DNA of 64,000 nt from NCBI GenBank assembly GCA_950097015.1, contig CATNEN010000038.1, positions 15,066,001 through 15,130,000 of the forward strand, written 5' to 3'. This document shows positions 58,300 to 64,000 of the stretch, piece by piece. Each line of letters opens with the position of its first letter. Within the stretch, counting starts at the first letter, position 1. This DNA comes from Macrostomum hystrix. Its lineage: Eukaryota; Animalia; Platyhelminthes. The notes beneath the pieces were generated by a model that was not told where the DNA came from, ran no database searches, and saw nothing but the letters and a program-made list of their open reading frames with translations. The position numbers were made by a program, and so were the translations under genes.

Positions 58300-61200
58300 T
58301 TAGGACTGGCGGAAGCCGCGAGCCGGAGCCCCGACCGCCGCCAGCGTTGACCTCTTCTGAATTCGGCGACGCAGCGTGGCCAGCTGCTGTTCTCGAAGTC
58401 GGAGACGAGCCTTCAGCTCCGAGTACTGCTCCAGGGTGTAGGAGGCGGCATGATTGCTCGTCTGCAGTTTGACGCCTTCTGTCGGCTGCTGTGGGTTGGC
58501 GAATGATAGAGGGACCAGATTGAATGATTGAGGGACCAGATTGAATGATTGAGAGACCAGATTGAATGATTGAGAGACCAGATTGAATGATTGAGGGACC
58601 AGATTGAATGATTGAGAGACCAGATTGATTGATTGAGAGACCAGATTGAATGATTGAGGGACCAGATTGAATGATTGAGAGACCAGATTGAATGATTGAG
58701 AGACCAGATTGAATGATTGAGGGACCAGATTGAATGATTGAGAGACCAGATTGATTGATTGAGAGACCAGATTGAATGATTGAGAGACCAGATTGAATGA
58801 TTGAGGGACCAGATTGAATGATTGAGAGACCAGATTGATTGATTGAGAGACCAGATTGAATGATTGAGGGACCAGATTGAATGATTGAGAGACCAGATTG
58901 AATGATTGAGAGACCAGATTGATTGATTGAGAGACCAGATTGATTGATTGAGGGACAAGATTATTGAAGCTAATGGATTATTTACAGAAACAATTTTTTT
59001 GGATTTCGTAGATGCAACTGGTTTCATTCCAAACAGTAAAGAAATAGAAGTTTAAAAAATTGAAATACTAGTTAGAACCAGTTATAAATTATGTTTTGTT
59101 ACAAACAAGCAAGCAAGAAAGCACAGCTGTTGTACCTTATCGCTAGTCCTGGCGTTAATAGGATTTTTGCTAGTCTTTAGCGGTTTCCGCCAGGCAGCAA
59201 TGTTTTCACCTTCTAAAAGCAAAACAAAAAAACGAAACAATTAGGGCACCTTTTTAGATGAAGCCACAAAAATAACAGAACAGTCATGAAATCGATAAGA
59301 CAAACGAAAATGATCACCAGATTAAACTGCTTTAAATGCTTCGATATGCTTATTAAATATTTATATAGACTTTTAGAACTACAAAGGAATTACGAAGGCT
59401 TTATATGCTAACAGCTATTATTATTAAAAGCTAACAGCTAGTTCTGTGTATTTTAGCCAGTGGTAAAATGAAACAGTGTCTAACAGGTTTTAGTAACTGT
59501 CTAACAGGTTTCAATAACTGTCTAACAGGTTTCAGTAGCTGTCTAACAGGTTTTAGTAACTGTCTAACAGGTTTCAATAACTGTCTAACAGGTTTCAATA
59601 ACTGTCTAACAGGTTTCAATAACTGTCTAACAGGTTTCAGTAAATGTCTAACAGGTTTTAGTAACTGTCTAACAGGTTTCAATAACTGTCTAACAGGTTT
59701 CAGTAACTGTCTAGCAGATTTCAATAACTGTCTAACAGGTTTCAGTAACTGTCTAACAGGTTTCAATAACTGTCTAACAGGTTTCAATAACTGTCTAACA
59801 GGTTTCAGTAAATGTCTAACAGGTTTCAGTAACTGTCTAACAGGTTTCAATAACTGTCTAACAGGTTTCAATAACTGTCTAACAGGTTTCAGTAAATGTC
59901 TAACAGGTTTCAGTAACTGTCTAACAGGTTTTAGTAACTGTCTAACAGGTTTCAGTAACTGTCTAACAGGTTTCAGTAACTGTCTAACAGGTTTCAGTAA
60001 CTGTCTAACAGGTTTCAGTAACTGTCTAACAGGTTTCAGTAACTGTCTAACAGGTTTCAGTAACTGTCTAACAGGTTTCAGTAACTGTCTAACAGGTTTC
60101 AGTAACTGTCTAACAGGTTTCAGTAACTGTCTAACAGGTTTCAGTAACTGTCTAACAGGTTTCAATAAATATCGTGCATTTTTGTCTTGTCGATTTCAAT
60201 CTACATCTGTTAATTTACTGCGTTAGTTAATTTTTTTGTTAAAAGCACAAATAATGTTAGAAATAGTTTTAAATGGTTAATTCTTACACGCAAACTGCAA
60301 ACAAACTATTAGATTATTATTTGCAAATAAATAAAATAGAAGAAGCAATTAAATATAGTTTTTTACCCCGACTGGTATCCAGCCCGATAAAATCCTCCTG
60401 CGCTTGCCTGAAAAGAAAATCTACTTTGTATTATTCACAGATTGAAAATTGTAATTTTTTCGGACACTGCGCAGTACCCTACTAAAAGTAGAAATGCGAG
60501 GAAAATAGCAATAAAATTACCGCTGCCCGTCTCGTCCGGCCCGGCTCACAAACGATCCAACTGCGCCAGTTTCAGCTTGTTGAGCAGTGATGAACACCTC
60601 GGCTCCGTCATCGTCCGCCACCTGACCGCCTTCGTCATCATCGTCACTTACGTTGTCATTGTTGGCAAGAAGGCCGCTGAACGCCGTCGTCAAACGGGTG
60701 ATAGTCGGCTGACGGCGTGGTCGCATGCACACCCGGCGACCAGGATAAATTTTGTGATCATCCTGGTGGGGAGACGGCAGGTGGGAATCATCCATGAAAC
60801 CTGTCCATGTGAATAACCTGTATAGTCAGTCTACTTCCCTCCAATCACCTGTGCAGTCCACTTCCCTCCAATCACCTGTGCAGTCCACTTCCCTCCAATC
60901 ACCTGTGCAGTCTACTTCCCTCCAATCACCTGTGCAGTCCACTTCCCTCCAATCACCTGTGCAGTCCACTTCCCTCCAATCACCTGTGCAGTCTACTTCC
61001 CTCCAATCACCTGTGCAGTCCACTTCCCTCCAATCACCTGTGCAGTCCACTTCCCTCCAATCACCTGTGCAGTCCACTTCCCTCCAATCACCTGTGCAGT
61101 CTACTTCCCTCCAATCACCTGTGCAGTCCACTTCCCTCCAATCACCTGTGCAGTCCACTTCCCTCCAATCACCTGTGCAGTCCACTTCCCTCCAATCACC

Positions 61201-63293
61201 TGTGCAGTCCACTTCCCTCCAATCACCTGTGCAGTCCACTTCCCTCCAATCACCTGTACACTCACACTACCCAACCAATCACCTGTACACTTACACTACA
61301 CCACCAATCACCTGTACACTCACACTACCCAACTTATCACCTGTACACTCACACTACCCAACTAATCACCTGTACACTCACACTACCCAACTAATCACCT
61401 GTACACTCACACTACCCAACCAATCACCTGTACACTCACACTACCCAACTAATCACCTGTACACTCACACTACCCAACTAATCACCTGTACACTCACACT
61501 ACCCAACTAATCACGTGTACACTCACACTACCCAACCAATCACCTGTACACTCACACTACCCAACCAATCACCTGTACACTCACACTACCCAACCAATCA
61601 CCTGTACACTCACACTACCCAACCAATCAGTTGTATTTCTCAAATCACCAATACAGTGTACTCTCTCCAATTAGTAACATATTTTTCGCTCAAATCGGAC
61701 GACAGTAGTTGGAATAATAAAAAAACCTTGAGCAGCCCATTCAATGGTAGCCAACCTCATTCCTGAAGCGACTCATCATGGTGACGGGCCTGACAGCCAC
61801 ACCTGCCTTGGTAGCATCGACCCGTCGCAGCCAGTTATCGATGCGACTCTCCAAATTGCTCAGCCGTTCGCTGCTAGTGTCAGCATCTTGAAATTTGCGT
61901 CTCCGTGTAATTCTCTGCGAACTATGCAACGCCGCTGTTGAACCGTCGGGTTGTTCGGCCGATAATTCAGCCCCGTGGTCCACCTGTTCATTGTCTCGAT
62001 CGGGTGAGTCGACAGCCGCGGCAGGCTTCGAGTCCGTCAGCGTTGCCGCTGTCTCATTAGATCGAGTTCTAGTAGTCCCAGCGGCTCTGGACTGTTCTCG
62101 CTTGATTCGGTTCCTATAGAAGACTGTGCCAGGCCCGTAGGGATCAATCAGGGCTCCCCTATTCGGGATGAAATGCGCCACGCTGCCTGATCGAATCGCG
62201 TAGCTCGGCGCCGACGCGGCAGCAGCGGCCGCTTCTCTACGCAGCGCGTCGGCCCGTCTAGCCGCGTTGATTCTGGCGCAGAGGCAGCGAATGAGCGGGA
62301 CTCGAGAGTCCAAAGGCCGACTGGCCCGGTTGGCGAGTTTCGCTCGGGCTCGCTCGGCCAACGCCTCCTGGGTGCGGCCCGGGTTCCGCCTGTTCCTAGC
62401 CAGGCGATCAAAATTCTTCGCGTCCAATAGGAACACGACGGTCGGCTGGGTGCAGACAATTGACTGGGCGTAGGTCGCCAGCTCCATGCCGTGCTCAACA
62501 TCTCCGATGAGTTCTCCTGGTCCGACTAGGGACAGCTCGAGGTGGCGCAACTGCTGCTGCTGATGCTGATGATGATGATGATGATGATGATGCAGATGGT
62601 TGAGGCGTCTGTGAGGTGCTGTTTGAGCTCGCTCATCTAGTCCACTGGATACAGGGATAAATAGGTAACATTAATAATATTGCTGCTGAATAATGAACTC
62701 TAAAACTTTTCTAAGCTTTCAAAATTTTCCTCTCGACACTTTGCACAACACTCGAATGTTGTTTGTCACATTCTGAATAATTAATAATGTTGTCTTACAA
62801 TGAAAACATGCTGCTCGGCCGCGTCTATATTCATAGTCACGAAGCTTAAACAATAGTGTGTTAAGCAAAGTAAAGTAAAGATCCTTTCACTTTCTGTTTG
62901 CCAATGCATCTCATGGAGCATGTCTGTCGTGTCTTATGATGCCTGAACAGGGAGTCAATATATTCTTAGTAGACTTTAAATTAAGGTCCACTAGAAGAAG
63001 AAGGACGGGACACTTGGTTAGCTTCATTCATGTACGAGTAAAATAGTTCTTTATACTCGTTATCAATGTTTTATGTGAAAAAAAACGCGAACAGTTCCTA
63101 TATCGCTAGTGCATAGTCACAGAGCAGAGAGACAAAGTTCTGTCACCTGTCAATCGAGATTCTTCCAACAGCTGTTGCTGTAATGTCGTCTGTTCCAGCA
63201 GCTGGCGTTGAGCTGCTGGCGAATTCTTGAAGTGCCAGCTGCGGATACTGGCTGATGTGCATCGGAATGTTCACCACAACTTTGGCCTGACCG
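58300..63293 (-). CDS. 3' part of a cyclic-nucleotide-binding-domain protein (CNBD-like); exons 63293-63147, 62644-61756, 60762-60521, 60407-60367, 59212-59136, 58461-58300; 5' end outside the window
   Basis: SGQAKVVV and VGPGELIGDVE...YAQSIVC...VFLLDAKNFDRL fit a cNMP-binding fold; GT-AG junctions are phase-consistent. Confidence 0.75.
58500..58960. repeat. 21-bp minisatellite
   Basis: gaccagattgaatgattgag(a/g). Confidence 0.95.
59475..60166. repeat. 21-bp minisatellite
   Basis: aactgtctaacaggtttcagt. Confidence 0.95.
60825..61628. repeat. Two abutting minisatellites (27-bp, then 29-bp) sharing the core aatcacctgt
   Basis: Unit switch at about 61257. Confidence 0.92.
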
Positions 63294-63399
63294 CTGCGAA
63301 AATTAATTGGCAGGTTGGGGCGAATGTGAAAGGTTCTGATTGGCTGCTGAGAATGTACATTACATTCTGTCAGAATCGTAGTAAGGTTGCAACCATGGA

Positions 63400-64000
63400 A
63401 GCACCACGAAAAGTACATACATTTCTCATTAAATAAAAGTACATTAACTAGACGCAACAAAAAATCTTATCCGTAAACATTACACACAAAATTTGAAGTA
63501 CATTCACTACACGCCCTATGAAACGTACATTTAGTGCACACCAAAGGAAAAGTACATTTATTTTACGCCATTTGAAAGTACACCACATGAAAAGTACTTC
63601 CAGTACGCAAAAAGAATAAATCGATTCGGTACACGCAACATGATAAGTACATGCAATACACACTATATTAAAAGTACATTCACTACGCACCATTTAAAAA
63701 TTACTTTCCGTACACACAATATGAAAAGTACTTTCACTAAGTACCATATTAAAAGTACAATCATTACGGACCATTTAAAAAGTACATTCACAACACACCC
63801 AATGAAAATTAAACTCATCACGCACCACAACAAAAGTACATACATTACGTACCATATTAAAAGTACATTGATTTCGGACCGAATGAAAAGTACATTCACA
63901 ACGCACGATGTTAAATGTACATTCACCACACACCCAATTAAAATTATATTCATCACGCATAATAAGGAAACTACATACATTACAGACCATATTAAAAGCA
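63400..64000. repeat. Degenerate ~30-bp tandem repeat
   Basis: aaaagtacattcac.. units. Confidence 0.7.

Overview
Eukaryotic (metazoan) genomic DNA with spliced genes, many intronic minisatellites and many transposons. The repeat style and gene families suggest a free-living flatworm such as Macrostomum, but this is inference only. On the + strand: a divergent ER-type Hsp70/BiP paralog ending in KTEL, CEP97, PGAP3, a UQCC2/Cbp6-like ORF whose stop lies 17 nt before a METTL25-like gene, a small orphan ORF, and a double-length tyrosyl-tRNA synthetase. On the - strand: an intact Ty3/Gypsy LTR retrotransposon, a degenerate Bax-inhibitor-1 copy, an ankyrin-repeat ORF next to a Mab-21/cGAS-like nucleotidyltransferase, and the 3' part of a cyclic-nucleotide-binding-domain gene. 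Strongest leads: (1) the ~890-aa TyrRS is a tandem duplicate whose halves have degenerated reciprocally (catalytic first half, anticodon-binding second half); (2) the UQCC2-like/METTL25-like pair looks like a bicistronic mRNA, with no ATG in any frame over the 473 nt between the two starts; (3) the young Gypsy element carries a cold-shock domain between its Gag zinc knuckle and protease. Exon structures and motif comparisons were made by hand from remembered family consensus sequences, not from database searches.
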